From Folioceros fuciformis (Eukaryota): DNA of 56,943 nt. Both the position numbers and the translations under genes were made by a program. The DNA lies in contig JBNGIO010003332.1 of NCBI GenBank assembly GCA_049999805.1, positions 1-56,943 of the forward strand, in the 5' to 3' direction. Below the pieces are notes generated by a model, which did not search any database, was not told the DNA's origin, and was given only the letters and a program-made list of their open reading frames with translations. This document shows, piece after piece, positions 1 through 13,366 of this stretch; the stretch's first letter is position 1, and each line of letters starts with the position of its first letter.

Positions 1-2297
1 CTGCGAGATCTGCGACCTTCTTGGCTGCTGCCTCTACGGGCGGCGGTGGAGGAGCCCTTCCTGACGCTGCTACTGCTACTGCTGCTGCTTCAGCTGGGCC
101 AGGACAGACAGAGCTCGCCGAAGCCGCTGATGCTGGTGCCGCGGGGGCCAGGCCGTCATCTGGCGAGCCTGCACTCCTCCGCGCGGCTCCGCAGCTATTG
201 ACCGCCTCGCGAGCGCGGAGAGAGACGAAATGCGGGACGAGTCCCGCCAGCCAGGCGCCCGGGGTAGCGCTCCTCACGGTCCCCGAGCGGGGCTACAGCG
301 GTGGCAGGCGCGTCTTATCCGGTGGCCCTCCCCCTACACGGCTGCCAGCCCGCGCCAGCCCACTCCCGGCTGCGGCAGCACAAGATCTTCCCTCGGGCGG
401 CACGCAGGGCGAGGCGGTGGCCGGGCGCCGCTAGCCCTGCCGCTGCCACCGCTCCACCGAGCCACCCCGGGGGGGGGGGCGGCCTCCAGTGGACACCACA
501 CTCCCCCTTCCCCTTGGCTGTCAAGGGTGAATTCCTCCTTACCTCGGGTAAAACTTGGTAAATACCGACATCCTGTACGAGACATGCATAGGCGGTAACA
601 GTGTCGGTAAGGTGTAACAGCGACTGGCAGACGGGGGTCGACTGTGCGCTAACTTAACGGAGACGGTGGGTGGGGCCATCGCATAGCATGGGTTTGGTGC
701 CATTCACAGCACAAAAGCGACCACCATGTGCTGTGCCCAGTCGCTTTATGGCACTCCCGTTACTTAAATTTAGCCCTCCCCTCCACTGCGCACCATCCGT
801 GCCCGCACGTGCGGGATCGCCACCTGCTGTAGCCCGTGCCGCTCCCGAGGCGACCGCACGACCGCCTCGACCCGCCCACTTCTCCGGTTCTGCCGGTCTC
901 GCCACGGTGGCCATGATGGACTCCACCCGACCCGACCCGGCCCGGCCCGGCCCGGCACGGAGATACTCCATCGTCCCACTCCCAGTCCCAGTCCAAACAA
1001 CTTTGTCTCCATCGACCTCCTTAATCGAAACACAAGCTTTGCTCCCACCTTGGATCAACCTTCTAAACGGCACACTGGTGACAGAGTCCTTCCCGTTGAA
1101 GATAAGTGCGGAGTGTTACGCGTCTGCCAGATGCTTCCATGCAAGAAAGCACGAGACTATGGAAAGGATGAGAACAAGCTAAGATAGGACGCACCCACGA
1201 GGAACTTGGAGATGCGCAGCGCAATGCAATGCAGAAGAAAGGTTGTAGATGCATGTACGTAACCATGGTAGTGTAGGCGATGCGATGAGCTGGTCTTGTG
1301 TTTACAAGATGCTGGGTGGGGCGTGAAGGGCCCGGCCCAGCGGACGCAAGCCAAGCCAGGTCAAGTCCAGGCCTGCCCCATTCCGCCCTTCCCCTCCAAC
1401 ACGATACGATTATTTCAATAAAACATGGACCAAATCTCGTGCTCCAAGGACACGAAGGCCGAGCCGACGCCTAGGGCCAAGGTACACCGAGTACAACACT
1501 CTACGGATGGTGATGTCAGGCTGGCTGCACCGGATCCGGAAGCGCGTAGGGGTATATGTATTATGTAACTAGCCTGGGCTGGTGATTGACAGGACATGAC
1601 ATTTGGACAAATTTGATCCAGCAGACCCACCACCAACCTGCCAGGAGGGGCGCTGGCCTGGTCTGGCCTGGCCTGGCCAAGTCAGTGGGGACGGCACAGC
1701 CATGTTCCTTCTCGCGACTCTGGGAGCCAAGATATTTGCGCGAACATTGGAGAAGACGTCGCGTTGCTTGTTGGGTTTTTGCGCGTCCGCGAAAGTGCAG
1801 AGCTATGTGTTGAAGGAGGACGATGCCTTGAGGGAGCCTGGACCCGCTCGCACGCTCTTAGATGTGTTCACCAGCCTTCCTGACATACCGCACCCGCACA
1901 TAAAACACAGTTTAGGAATCCGAACGGCGTTTGCCGTACGTGATGGGAGAAGGACGTGACGGGCATGGCAGCCAAATTCTCCTGCTGCTGAGGTGGCTGG
2001 AAGACGATGTTAATCACTGATGGACCTGCACTGGACAATCACGACCGAGCCAATCTCGGCCCAACCCGTCGTGCTCTTGAAGAGCCAGTCGAAGACGCCG
2101 ACGGCTGAGGCTGAATTCACTTTTCCATCCCTCTTGGGTGATGGAGCAGCGATGTGGCAACCGGTGGGATAGGGTGCCTCGGCTGCCACACCCACCGGAT
2201 TCGGGGGAATGAGGCATGCTTGTGGGTGGCGTCTACGCTAGGAGGGCAGCTGGGTTGCGATCCATGCTGCCGAACAATCCATGGTTTGGCTGATGCG

Positions 2298-5036
2298 ATG
2301 AGCGTATGCCAGAAGCTCGGGCACATCCACAGTCCCCCCCGCTGCCGACTCTTGCTGCCTCTGCTCCTGCAGTTGGATAGCGGCTCTAAGTCCCCTGGAG
2401 TAGGGGTGAGTTCCCATGGTGTCCTCTTCGGGTGCGCGAACAGGGGCCCCAGACGTCTTGTTGGGCGTCACCAGACTGCCGAACATGGGTTGGAGCCATC
2501 GAGTCCGGGCTCGGCCAGGGCGGCTGGGAAGCTGGGATGGGAACCAGTGGCGTCAGGGTCAACCGGGGCGGTACAGTCTGGAGGGGCCGATGAACTGTGT
2601 GATGAGGCTGCTGAGCTGTTGCATCTCCTGGTTCAGCGAGGGTCGTATGTTCCCCCGTCTCTTTTGTATCTCGGAGTCCTTAAGAGGTTTGTGAGGACCA
2701 AGAATGTGGTCCTTGGCGATGCAGTGCATGCCCTCGTCGTTGGAAGTGGGTATGAGGCGAACAGGTTTTTGGGCAATCACATCATCCGAATGTACGCTTC
2801 GCAGGGGAGGTTGCAGGAGGCCTTGCAGGTCTTCACCGGACTGTTCGACCCAAATGCTCATTCCTGGTCTTGCATTATCTTGGCCCATGCTGAACGTGGG
2901 CAGCCCAGGCAAGCAATAGGATTGTACTGTCAGATGCGAGAGTTGACTGTTTTGCCAGACAACCATGTCTTCGTCGCTGTCCTTAAGGCATGTGCCAGTG
3001 CGGGAGATCTAGCATCAGGCAGGCAGGTCCATGCTGATGTTTTGATGAGGTGCTCTGTCGTGCCCAATGTTTTCGTAGGCAGCTGCCTAGTAGACATGTA
3101 CGCAAAGTGCGGAAGCTTGGGTGATGCTCGGGGGGTGTTTGACACTTTGGCCACAAGAGATGTGGTTGCATGGAATGCTATGCTGGCAGGATATGCCCAG
3201 CAGGGACACGGTCAAGAAACTCTTGACCTCTACGCAAGCATGCAACATGAGGGCATTCCAGCTGATCAGATCACATATGTGTGCCTGCTCAAGGCTTGTG
3301 CTAGCACTTCTGCTCTACAACAGGGGAAACAGCTCCATTGGCGGCTCAGGGAATGTGGCCTGGAATCTGTCCTGGCAATTGGCAACTGCCTGGTGGACAT
3401 GTATGCAAAATGCGGGAGCTTGGATGATGCTCGCAGGGTGTTTGACAATATGCCCATGAGAGATGTGGTGACCTGGACTGCCATGCTCGCAGGATATGCT
3501 CACCATGGACTCGGGCAAGAAGCTCTTACCCTTTATTCTCTCATGCAACAAGAGGGCCTCAGCGTGGCTGATCAAGTCACATTTGTGTGCCTGCTGAAAG
3601 CTTGTGCCAGCATTGCAGCACTACATGAAGGAAAGCGTGTTCATTGTCAAATCAGAGAAAGAGGACTGGATTCTGACCTGGTCATCGGCAACTGCCTGGT
3701 AGACATGTATTCTAAATGTGGGAGCTTAGGTGATGCCCGCAGGGTGTTCGACAATTTGTGCACCCGAGATGTGGTGACGTGGAACGTCATGCTAGCAGGA
3801 TACGTTCAACATGGGCATGGGCTAGAAGCCCTAGCCCTGTATGCGAGTATGCCACAGGAGGGCATCACTTTCGCCGATGGTTTTACTTTTGTGAGCCTCC
3901 TAAAAGCGTGTGCCAGCACTGCAGCCCTGAATCAGGGAAAGGAACTGCATCTCCAGATACGGCAAAGAGGACTAGAATCTGACCTTGTCATTGGCAGCTG
4001 CCTGGTCGACATGTATGCAAAGTGCGGAAGCTTAATCGATGCCCGCAGGTTTTTTGACAGTGTGGCCTCGAAGGATGCAGTAATGTGGAATGCTATGCTT
4101 GCTGGATATGCTCAGCATGGGCTTGGGCAAGAGGCCCTGGTTCTTTATTCAAGTATGCAGCAAGAGGGCATCACTCCAAGTGATCATGTCACATTCGTCT
4201 GCCTCCTCAAGGCATGTGCAAGCATTGCAGCCCTGCGTCACGGGAAGGAGCTTCATGCTCGAATACGGGAAAGGGGATTAGAAACTGACATAGTAATCGG
4301 CAACTGCCTGGTTGACATGTATGCAAAATGTGGCAGTCTAGACGATGCTCGTCGGCTCTTTGACAGCCTAGTCACGAAAGATGTTGTGACGTGGAATACC
4401 ATGATAGCTGTCTATGCTCAGCATGGATGCTGGCAACAGGCCCTGGAATGTTACAAGAAGATGCAGTTGGCTGGTCTTAATCCGACACGGGTGACATTCT
4501 TGTCACTCATCTCTGCATGCAGTCATGCTGGTCAAGTGGACACTGGTATTGATTTGTTCCAATCTATGAGCAGAGATTACGGTCTGACTCCAGAGGTGGA
4601 GCACTATGTCAGCGTGGTTGATCTCCTTGGACGAGCAGGATGCTTCACAAGGTTAGAGCAATTTCTGTCTACGATCCCAATGGAACCCAACTTGGCCATA
4701 TGGTTGACTGTGTTGGCTGCCTGTCGCAAACACGGTAACGTAGTGCTGGCTGAACGGGTGTTTGGTCACGCTTTGTATCTGCAGCCTAAGCACGCTGCTG
4801 CATATGCAATGATGGCTCACATTTATTTCGATGCTGGTCTTCCGGATGCCGCAAGGGAGGTGGGGAAGCTGAGAGACAAGCAATGCGTCTTGAAAGAGCC
4901 TGGCAGAAGCTGGATTGAGCTTGAGGAAGAAGCACATTCCTTCCTGGTCGGAGATGGCAAGCACCCGCAGAACAGAGAACTTTACGAGGTCTTGGAAAAA
5001 GTAAGTTTGGAGCTGAAAAAGGCAGGGCATCCATAA
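2298..5036 (+). CDS. PLS-class pentatricopeptide repeat protein (E1/E2 plus PG-box/E+ end, no complete DYW domain), organellar RNA-editing factor
   Basis: Intronless ORF with tandem P-L-S triplets (VVTWNAMLAGYAQHG; TFVCLLKACAS; GNCLVDMYAKCGSL), then E domains and a PG box (KEPGRSWIE...HSFLVGDGKHPQ). It stops before any HxE(x)nCxxC. The first in-frame ATG is 2298; the ORF track start at 2154 is a GTG. Confidence 0.93.
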   Translation: MSVCQKLGHIHSPPRCRLLLPLLLQLDSGSKSPGVGVSSHGVLFGCANRGPRRLVGRHQTAEHGLEPSSPGSARAAGKLGWEPVASGSTGAVQSGGADELCDEAAELLHLLVQRGSYVPPSLLYLGVLKRFVRTKNVVLGDAVHALVVGSGYEANRFLGNHIIRMYASQGRLQEALQVFTGLFDPNAHSWSCIILAHAERGQPRQAIGLYCQMRELTVLPDNHVFVAVLKACASAGDLASGRQVHADVLMRCSVVPNVFVGSCLVDMYAKCGSLGDARGVFDTLATRDVVAWNAMLAGYAQQGHGQETLDLYASMQHEGIPADQITYVCLLKACASTSALQQGKQLHWRLRECGLESVLAIGNCLVDMYAKCGSLDDARRVFDNMPMRDVVTWTAMLAGYAHHGLGQEALTLYSLMQQEGLSVADQVTFVCLLKACASIAALHEGKRVHCQIRERGLDSDLVIGNCLVDMYSKCGSLGDARRVFDNLCTRDVVTWNVMLAGYVQHGHGLEALALYASMPQEGITFADGFTFVSLLKACASTAALNQGKELHLQIRQRGLESDLVIGSCLVDMYAKCGSLIDARRFFDSVASKDAVMWNAMLAGYAQHGLGQEALVLYSSMQQEGITPSDHVTFVCLLKACASIAALRHGKELHARIRERGLETDIVIGNCLVDMYAKCGSLDDARRLFDSLVTKDVVTWNTMIAVYAQHGCWQQALECYKKMQLAGLNPTRVTFLSLISACSHAGQVDTGIDLFQSMSRDYGLTPEVEHYVSVVDLLGRAGCFTRLEQFLSTIPMEPNLAIWLTVLAACRKHGNVVLAERVFGHALYLQPKHAAAYAMMAHIYFDAGLPDAAREVGKLRDKQCVLKEPGRSWIELEEEAHSFLVGDGKHPQNRELYEVLEKVSLELKKAGHP

Positions 5037-7382
5037 CACGGACATTATCTTCGCACACAGGATCTTGGAAAGGACTCCTGCGCAAAGGGACGGGCCTCGT
5101 ATCTCTGGTAACCATCGACTTGGCTGTATCGCTAGAAAGATCCTTCAACTTGGCTCAGGTGCAACTCACCTGTATGCTGGCTGGGGTTTCCATCACTTGA
5201 GAATTTATTATCAGGTTCTGTTTCTATGGTACATCCCAAGACTGACACGACTGTCTTTGACAATTTTCCGTTATTTCTTTCTCGGGGCAGGTGGATATTC
5301 ATTGAACATGGTATATGATTCTTGGCAGCTTGCATGACCGAAGTGTAGACCATGCGGTCTTCCTGCGCTACCAGATATTTCTACAGCAAACCACATGCAA
5401 GCCAACGTCGTACAGAGTTTGACCTTGCTCTTGAAAACTATAGCAGGGAGCTCCATCGCTGGGCTTATTTGTATACCAGGCTTGCCAGCAAATGATCGCA
5501 TGTGCGGCGAAGTTCCTACCGGAGTCACTTATGAAGGACTCTGTGATCAGTAGGATCTTCACGAGGAATAGGTACAACGGGTCTTTCCAATTGCATCTTG
5601 CCAGTCACACCATCGACAGACTTGCAAGGATGTTGTGATTGGCCTCTGCAGCTTCGTCTTGCTCTTGTCCTTCCCTAACTCCTGATTTCTGCCTCGCCGC
5701 CGATTGCCTTGGTTTGTGTTCAGGAGGTGAAATCTGGCTCAGTGTACACGACTCATCATGCTCCAGCAAACGAAACGAAAGGTAAACCTCCTGTACATTG
5801 TCCAGCGAGCTGTGCTCCTATTCTCTGGTTTTCCAAAAGCCTGTGTTGCAAGTTCCACATACACAGCCTTTGGGAACTTGCAACACAACCTTTGTTGCTA
5901 GTGATAAACAAGCGCACCAACAATCCAACCTTGACACAAACGGCCCTCTTACAAGAAACCGCGGTACGAGTTTTGTCCATGCATCTGGAGGGACAAGAAA
6001 ACAAGCACGCCAACAGGCCTTGTAATCCACGGACCCCTTGTCCCCAACCACGAAACACGTGAGAATCATCCTCAACGTGGCGACGCGCTCAAGCACCGCC
6101 AAGAAGATAGGCATCAGAGACATGTCACAGATCCCGCACACAGCTGCTTCAGTTGGCATACATCCGAATCTCTCCCTTCATCTGAGGCGCATCTAGTAGG
6201 CTGACGTCTCTGCCATGTTTCACACGGTCAGGACACTCCAGTGGGCATCCACGCCTTGCAAATTCGGGCTCCCCTTCTCCCTGGCCTCGTTAGGATTCAG
6301 GTCTGGCAGGGGTGGAGTCGGATTTCCCCTCGGGCAGCTTGGCAGCGCGGCATGCTTTGTGATTGAGTAGCGTGACGACTGCCTCATCCACCGTAGCAAC
6401 CTGCCTCGCACTGCTGCACACCTAGGGTGCGCGCCAGGTCAGAGCGAGGGTTAGGGTTTGCTCTTGCTGGTTGTGGTGGTTGGGGGTCAGCTTGGAGGCC
6501 AGATTGCAGCGTACACGATCCAGCCTCCCACGAATGTCGAGGAAGGAGACGGCGCGCACGCATAGTCCGTGGTCGCAACACATGTGGTGTATCAGGGCTT
6601 CACCGGTTGTTGAAAGTGGCTGACAAATCCAACAACCTCTGGTGTCGGGTTACGTTGCCGCTGCTCAGATCCTATTCTTGCATCGAGCTCATGAATGAGT
6701 AGTACTCAGTCTGAAGTGAGGCTATCCTGAGGTGGAGCCTGGACTGCGGGCTGGCACACACATAAAAGGCTGATGCTGCTCCACGACCCTCGGAATGAAG
6801 ACGGCATCAGGAGCGTCGTCCAGAAAGTTCCCTAACTCTACACCAGGGTGCGCTGCTAGGCGCGCGATCGGCGTCGTACGAGAGCGTCTTGGTGGATTGC
6901 GATCTTCTCCTCTTCAAATTCTAACGGAAGGCCCCGCTCGGCTGCGTTGTTGTGGAGCAGATTTTGATGAATCCTCGGTACGTGCCAGGATTTCGGTTCA
7001 CTGCCGAGTTCTTCCGCGCAAGAGACCTCACCTGCAAACATACATACATCTGCGCTTTAGATTACAATTTCCCAAGCCCGAGGCCCGCATATAGTAAAGA
7101 GGCAGCGAGCTGCAGGACCGGCGGTAAGGGGCATTTGGGTTTCAAGTGGAAGGCCACATGAAGGCTGAATCAACACTTCAACTCCCCGCTCCGTTGGCTC
7201 CATCTCGAAAGCTCCGTGACCGCAATCACATTGCTGGCACTGAAGTCTGAAGTTCCTGCGGTCGTGGAGGAGATGGATTTCCGTTCTTTTTTTATGATTA
7301 GTATTCAATATGCAGATCTTAAATGATAAAGGACAAGATAGAGAAAGATGGGTCCAAGGTCAGGGGTACATTTCTCCGGTTA

Positions 7383-7600
7383 TCCATCTTGAAGCTACGT
7401 TTGGCTCCCAGGTGAGGGGAACCTTCCTCCCGTTGTCCATCTTCAAGCTCCCTTCGGCTCCCAGGTGAGGGGAACCTTCCTCCGGTTGTCCATCTTCAAG
7501 CTCCCCTTGGCTCCAGGTGAGGGAACCTTCCTCACGTTGTCCATCTTCAAGCTCCCTTTGGCTCCAAGGTGAGGGAATCATTCTCACATTGTTCATCTTG
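7383..7600. repeat. Minisatellite, ~51-bp unit, ~4 copies
   Basis: Unit like ccatcttcaagctccc(c)ttcggctcccaggtgaggggaaccttcctc(c)cgttgt repeated in tandem. Confidence 0.85.
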
Positions 7601-7652
7601 AGCTGATGTTGGTTCCAAAGATATGCACATATGTTGCAGTCAACACCAAGAG

Positions 7653-7786
7653 GGGTCTATTGAGGGAAAAATGCGACAGTCACTTACTCACTCCGGGTCT
7701 ATTGAGGGATGAGGGATAAATGCACTTACTCACTCCGGGTCTATTGAGGGATGAGGGATAAATGCACTTACTCACTTACTCACTCC
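7653..7786. repeat. Minisatellite, ~43-bp unit, ~3 copies
   Basis: gggtctattgagggatgagggataaatgcacttactcactcc repeated. Confidence 0.8.
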
Positions 7787-8040
7787 ACGTGTAGCATTCA
7801 AAGATGTTTTGAAAATGAGAGGGATTTGCTTAGAGATAAATGTGACAATAGCTCTGCATGCACCATCTAAAGAGGGTTTGAAAAGTATCCTACACCGCAT
7901 TAGCACAAGCTTTCTAAAACTCAAAGAAGTACTTCTCTTCTCTGCTCACAATCCTTTGCATGGTTGTGTTGTACATGTATGCGTGTACTTTTAAACAAGC
8001 TTTACAAGCCTTCATAAACTCTGCACATTGTGGGTCCTGC

Positions 8041-8340
8041 AAAAGTCCTTGCTCCTACTCTCAGCATGTTCCCGCACGAAGGGGAATAAAAGCACGCCCC
8101 AGAAGTTCTTACTCCTACTCCCAACATGTTCCCGCACGAAGGGGAATAAAAGCACGCTCCAGAAGTCCTTGCTCCTACTCCTAGCATGTTCCAGCACGAA
8201 GAGGAATAAAAGCATGCCCCAGAAGTCCTTGTTCCTACGCCACAGCATGTTCCCGCACGAAGGGGAATAAAAGCACGTCCCAAAAGTCCTTGCTCCTACT
8301 CCACAGCATGTTCCCGCACGAAGGGGAATGAAAGCATGTC
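8041..8340. repeat. Minisatellite, ~60-bp unit, 5 copies
   Basis: agaagtccttgctcctactcccagcatgttcccgcacgaaggggaataaaagcacgcccc repeated; visible as near-identical 60-nt lines. Confidence 0.92.
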
Positions 8341-10313
8341 ACATCACTCTGTCGCCCACTTTGCAGCAAAGTTGATGATGACATATTCATAAACACAAAG
8401 TCTTGTGAACAGAAGCTTCAACTTTCTCATCCAAATGTATAGGCAATAAACACATAGCACACCAGTCCCACCCACTCGTGTCTTTGATTTTGTCTTTATA
8501 GCACTCCTTGCAGCTTTGGCATGTTTTGTCGTACAACAAGTCGGGCAGTTGAGGTCCGTGTAGCACTCCTCACAGCTTTCGCACGTTTTGCCGTACAACA
8601 AGCCAAGTAATTGATACTTTTACTACTCAATATAGACAACATTGGCAAACGATGCAACTACCCCACAAGTTATGTCCTCTTTGCAATTGTGATTCACACG
8701 GGAACAGATTAGATGCAAAGGATAATGAATCATACAACAGGAGAAATTCTTAATGTCTGTTGCCACCCGTGGGTGTAGCGGTAATGTTTAAACATGGAGA
8801 TTGATTGCCATTGAGAGTGATGAGATGTCACACGGGTGGCCTTGTCGCCATTTATGTAATGCGTGCCAAAACCCAACAAGTTAGGTGCTAGATGGAGTTG
8901 GCTTTGCAGAGAGATTTGGTATAGTACCTCCAGACATTGATACAAACATTGTGTTAAATATGACATGCCTGGATGGAGTACTTAGAGGACCCTGAATTCC
9001 GGATCCAAATCCATGTGGGTTAATCACAAAAGTCAGTCCCTTTTGCTGGACTTGGATAGAGTTCTTGCTCTCATCTTGCTGTGAGTGATGGACCAAAAGT
9101 TGGGCTGGTGATAACGAGGGCAGGGATATCCGAGGCGTCAGTGGAAAATATCCAGCGCGCTAATACGTAAAACATCGGGAGAGGTATTTGTCGAGGCCTG
9201 GTGGCTCTCTTCTCTCTCAGTGACTGGGGCCCTCCTGACCCTGGCCTTGGGCGCGAGCCGAGCCAACAACAACAAAGCTTCTGCTCCCCTGTGCCTTTTT
9301 TCGCATCCACGCTAGAGCGCGATCTTGAGGGTTGCTACTTGCGCTGGAGCGCCTTCCTCTCGTCTCTGTATCTTCCCGCCATCGCTTCCGCCTGGCTTCG
9401 TTTGAGCGCTGCGGGCGCCATCGTTAGCCCTGCCTCCTCTCCTCTCCTCCCCTCTCCGCTGCACACGCTTCTCGTTTCTGCTCTTGCAGCTGTTTGTTTC
9501 GTTGGCCAGCAGCGGACGCAGCACCGGAGGCCCTTGCTTCCTGCAGTCGGGGATTGCCGCGCTTGCTCGCCTCCCGCCCGCTGGAGCAGGAGGAGGCTGT
9601 GGGGGGAATTGAGGACGGCGGCGGCGACCGGGACTGGGGGGGTGCTGCTGCTTCTTTGTAGGTTGGTGTTTTATGCTCTGCTCTGTGGCCTGGCTGCATT
9701 CCTATAGCTTGTACTTGGAAATGCTGCCGTTGCTGCGGTTGCTGCGTTCCTTGGAGGCGGCTGCTGCATTCCGGCGGAGCTCCTGACTACCGCGGGGGTG
9801 CAACGCAGCTCGGACGAATTAGGAGGAGTGGCGAGGAGATGCCGGCCGGGCTTGGTTAGGGTAGGGTAGAGGAAGAGGAAGAGGTGCTGCGCAGGATTAT
9901 GCCTATGCAGCGGCTGGCGGGCCGGAGTTTCGGGGTTGGCTGGCTTGGGAGGGGACGGAGATGGTAGAGGAGGCGTGTCGGTAGCACGCCAGCGGCTGGC
10001 CGGGGTGCGCCTGCGCATGCAGACATCGGGGATTGGTTGACCTGGCTATGACCGAGGCAGGGGGCGGAGGAGAAGGTCGATGACGCTGGAGTAGTGGTGC
10101 GCAAGGGAGGTTTAGGGAGGGGGTAGGCCGGAGGTTTTTTTCTGTCCAGGTAGGTGGGGACTGACAGGGACGCAAGGCTGGCGGGCCGCGGGAGCATCTG
10201 ATGGCGGATCCGCCTCGCGGTTTTGCTAATGCTCTGTGCGTTTACAAGCCTAGGTGCGCCGGCTCAATTGCTGCAGGAACCGGCAAAGTTGTGTCTTCCT
10301 GGAGGGGGAAAGC

Positions 10314-13300
10314 ATGCTGAGCGTGCTGCGGGTGCATTTGCCATCCGACATTCCCATTGCCGGTTGCGAGCTCACTCCCTATGTGCTACTGCGCAAATCG
10401 GATGGTACTGTCACAACCGATGACATTTCCGAGTCCGCTCCCGTCGATGGTCACTACCTGCGTTGTCGATGGTGCGTTTTTGGCCCCCTTGTTTCGAGAT
10501 TAGCGCTCCCCTTGTCTGTCGGCCCGTCGGTCGAGCGCGATTTCCGGCGCGCCGACCTAGCTGCTGCTCCTTCCTCCTAGGAAATTGTAGCCCTCAAGCC
10601 CGTACCCTAGTGGGGTGAGGTGAGTGACGTGACGTTCTCTTCTGACGGGACCGATGTTGCCGGTCTCACCTGTGCAGGTATAGGATACAGAGCGACAAAA
10701 GGGGGGCGGTGTGCAGTGTGCACCCTGCAGAGCAAGCGACGCTGCAATGTTTGTCGTGCGTCAAGTTGAAGTTGGCTGTGAGCAAAAGTTATCATTGCAG
10801 TACCAAATGCTTTTCGGACGCATGGAGGCTTCACCGGACTATGCACGAACGTGCTGCCACCGCGGCACGGGAGAACGGGGAGGAGGAGGATAACCCCTAT
10901 GTCAGGTTCAACAACACGGGTGGCAGCATCACCACTGCACCGCCTCCCGCGGTGCTTAGTAATGGCTCCCGCTTTTCCTCTGAACAGGGTGGCAATGGGG
11001 AAACGTGGTTTGAGGTGGGGCAGGGGAAAACATACACACCCACAGCTGAGGATGTGGGCTATGTTCTCAAATTGGAGTGCGCAGCCGTGGACAAACTAAC
11101 AGGAATAGCATCCGCTCCTGCCCACGCCGTACTCACCGCCCGGGTTATACCTGCTCCGTCTCCTACCCCACGGCGCATGGTTTATGTCAATCCGGGAGCA
11201 GATGGTACTGCAGTAGGAGTTGATGTGGAGCCACGGGGTGGACTACCTGGGACCTTTACAGTGTTATCTTACAATGTTTTGTCCGATATCTATGCCACCA
11301 GTGAGATGTACAGTTATTGTCCTCCGTGGGCTCTTTCTTGGGCGTATCGCAGGCAGAATTTACTGCGGGAGATAATTGGTTACCGAGCTGATATCTTGTG
11401 CCTTCAGGAGGTAGCAATTGTGCTTACAGTGTACATGACGGTTTCTGTGAACATCTCTGGTTGCAGACCCGTTTTTGAGCCAGATCGTTCTCTTCTCATG
11501 TTGGTGCAGGTTCAGAGTAATCACTTCGAAGACTTTTTCCGCCCAGAGTTGGACAAACATGGCTACACTGCTGTGTACAAGAAGAAGACTTCAGAGGTGC
11601 TGTAGAATACCTTGATGCTCTCTGAGCATCTTACCAAAGGCTGTATGTGTCTGAGGACTCCACTTATTGGACTTAACGAGCTCATCATGCTGGCCTCCAG
11701 GTTTTTGTAGGCTCTTCTTACATCATTGATGGTTGTGCCACTTTCTACAAACGTGATCGGTTTCAGCTTGTAAAAAAATATGAGGTACTCTTTGCTTATC
11801 CCTGAAGAGTACGGGGTGGTACTCTGACGTGGTTCGTTGTGGACATGGTTGTTTGATTCCATTCCATGTTGTGTTGTGAGCAGTCGTGTAACCTGGTTCC
11901 TGCGGTGATGCAGGTGGAATTCAACAAGGCTGCACAGTCGCTGTCTGATGCCCTTGTGCCCAGTGCATCTAAGAAGGCAGCTCTTAGTCGATTGCTCAAG
12001 GTTAGTTAGGTGTACTGAAGGGTGTTAACACGTTTCATGGTCGATGATCTCATGGATTAATCCTAAACCACCCGTTGGGCCAGCCTGACTTACGTGCCGC
12101 TTGGTGTCCAGGATAATGTGGCTCTTATCGTGGTGTTGGAGGCTAAAGAAGCGGTCCATGGACAGGATTCCGCTTCCGTGGGAGGGAAAAGACAGCTGCT
12201 TTGTGTGGTGAGTCGTTTACAGCTTTTAAGACATAAGAAGGAAGCATTGATAAGCTTTAGGCTGAAGAGAGCTCGTGCTTCATTGACTTTCACAGACTCT
12301 TAAGTTTTCGCGTAGGCGAGTCTGCATCTAAAAAATTTATTTAGGGTCTGATGGAGTAGAGAAACGAGCAGCATTTAAAGGCCGACCGTTTACATGTTTT
12401 TAAAATTTTCTCAGGCCAACACGCACATTCATGCGAACCCGGAGTTGAAAGATGTGAAGATTTGGCAGGTATCGTTTTGGTGTTGTTATCTGTTGTTTTG
12501 AGAGCCATGTAAGATGACACCAGATGAAAAACTCAAAACCTTACGGGCTCATGACGTATAGGTCCACACCCTATTGAAGGGACTGGAGAAGATAGCAGCG
12601 AGTGCTGATATACCGATGCTCGTAGCCGGCGACTTCAACTCAATTCCCGGAAGGTTGGTCTTAAGAGGTCATTGAGACGGCAAACTTTTGCGTCTTTTGG
12701 TTCAAAGAACACGCCCGGCATGGACGTGTCTGTTGATCAAGAATGTTTTACGATTGTGGGTGGCAGTGCTCCCCACTCACTTCTGAAGTCGGGAAGGGTA
12801 GATCCTGCCCACCCGGAACTACAAACTGATCCGCTTGGTATCCTCCGTCCTTCGAGCAAGCTCTGCCACTCGCTGCCTCTGGTAAGCTGTTGAGCCGAGG
12901 TCGTCTGCAGAGTAGCAGTGGAGGTCTGCAGTCTTGTAATATTTGTTTTCCTCGCATTTTGTCTCCAGGTTAGTGCGTATTCAGGTCTTTGTAGGCTTGG
13001 AAGTTCCACTCCTGCTCTAGAGCGGCAGCGTCGGCGAATGGAGCAACTAAGTCACGAGCCTCTCTTCACGAATTGTACGCGAGACTTTTTGGGGACCCTC
13101 GACTATATCTTTTACACAGGTAGGCGGCTTGCCAAAACTACTCTCTGTTCCCTGAAAACTGGTCTGACTTTCTGTTAGAGAAAAACCACTCAAGTAAATT
13201 TGGCTTGTTATGTGATGCAGCGGATTCCTTGGCCGTGGATTCCGTTTTGGAGCTGCTGGACGAGGAGAGTCTGCGGAAGGACACTGCCCTGCCATCTCCA

Positions 13301-13366
13301 GAGTGGTCCTCGGATCACATAGCATTGCTGGCGGAATTCCGCTGTAAGCCGCGGACGCGCCGTTAG
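10314..13366 (+). CDS. CCR4: Carbon catabolite repressor 4 homolog (CCR4a/b-like EEP-family deadenylase), multi-exon
   Basis: Exons joined by canonical GT-AG introns give MLSVLRVHLPSDIPI..., CSVHP-x-C-x2-C zinc finger, FTVLSYNVL, ADILCLQE, ANTHIH, AGDFNS, GTLDYIFY and SDHIALLAEFRCKPRTRR*. There is a probable 5'UTR intron at ~10150-10276. Confidence 0.95.

Noticed and set aside
1-2100. Many overlapping GC-rich ORFs at the window start
   Set aside because: Low-complexity Ala/Pro/Arg/Gly translations on both strands with no family motifs or consistent splice structure.
5037-5340. Possible frameshifted DYW domain after the first PPR gene (a GFHHL string occurs downstream)
   Set aside because: I found no HxE or CxxC deaminase motif in the frames read; the similarity is too weak.
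6830-7161. Fragment vaguely like a class-III aminotransferase (CVVVEQILMNP...EFFRARDL)
   Set aside because: In-frame stop, no DE motif or PLP lysine; cannot be supported without a search.
8041-8340. CRISPR-like array
   Set aside because: Head-to-tail repeats with no unique spacers and no cas genes, in a eukaryotic context; the same applies to 25681-25810.
9071-10200. GC-rich ORFs upstream of CCR4
   Set aside because: Low-complexity with no recognisable domain; may be UTR/promoter or TE-derived, and no gene model could be supported.
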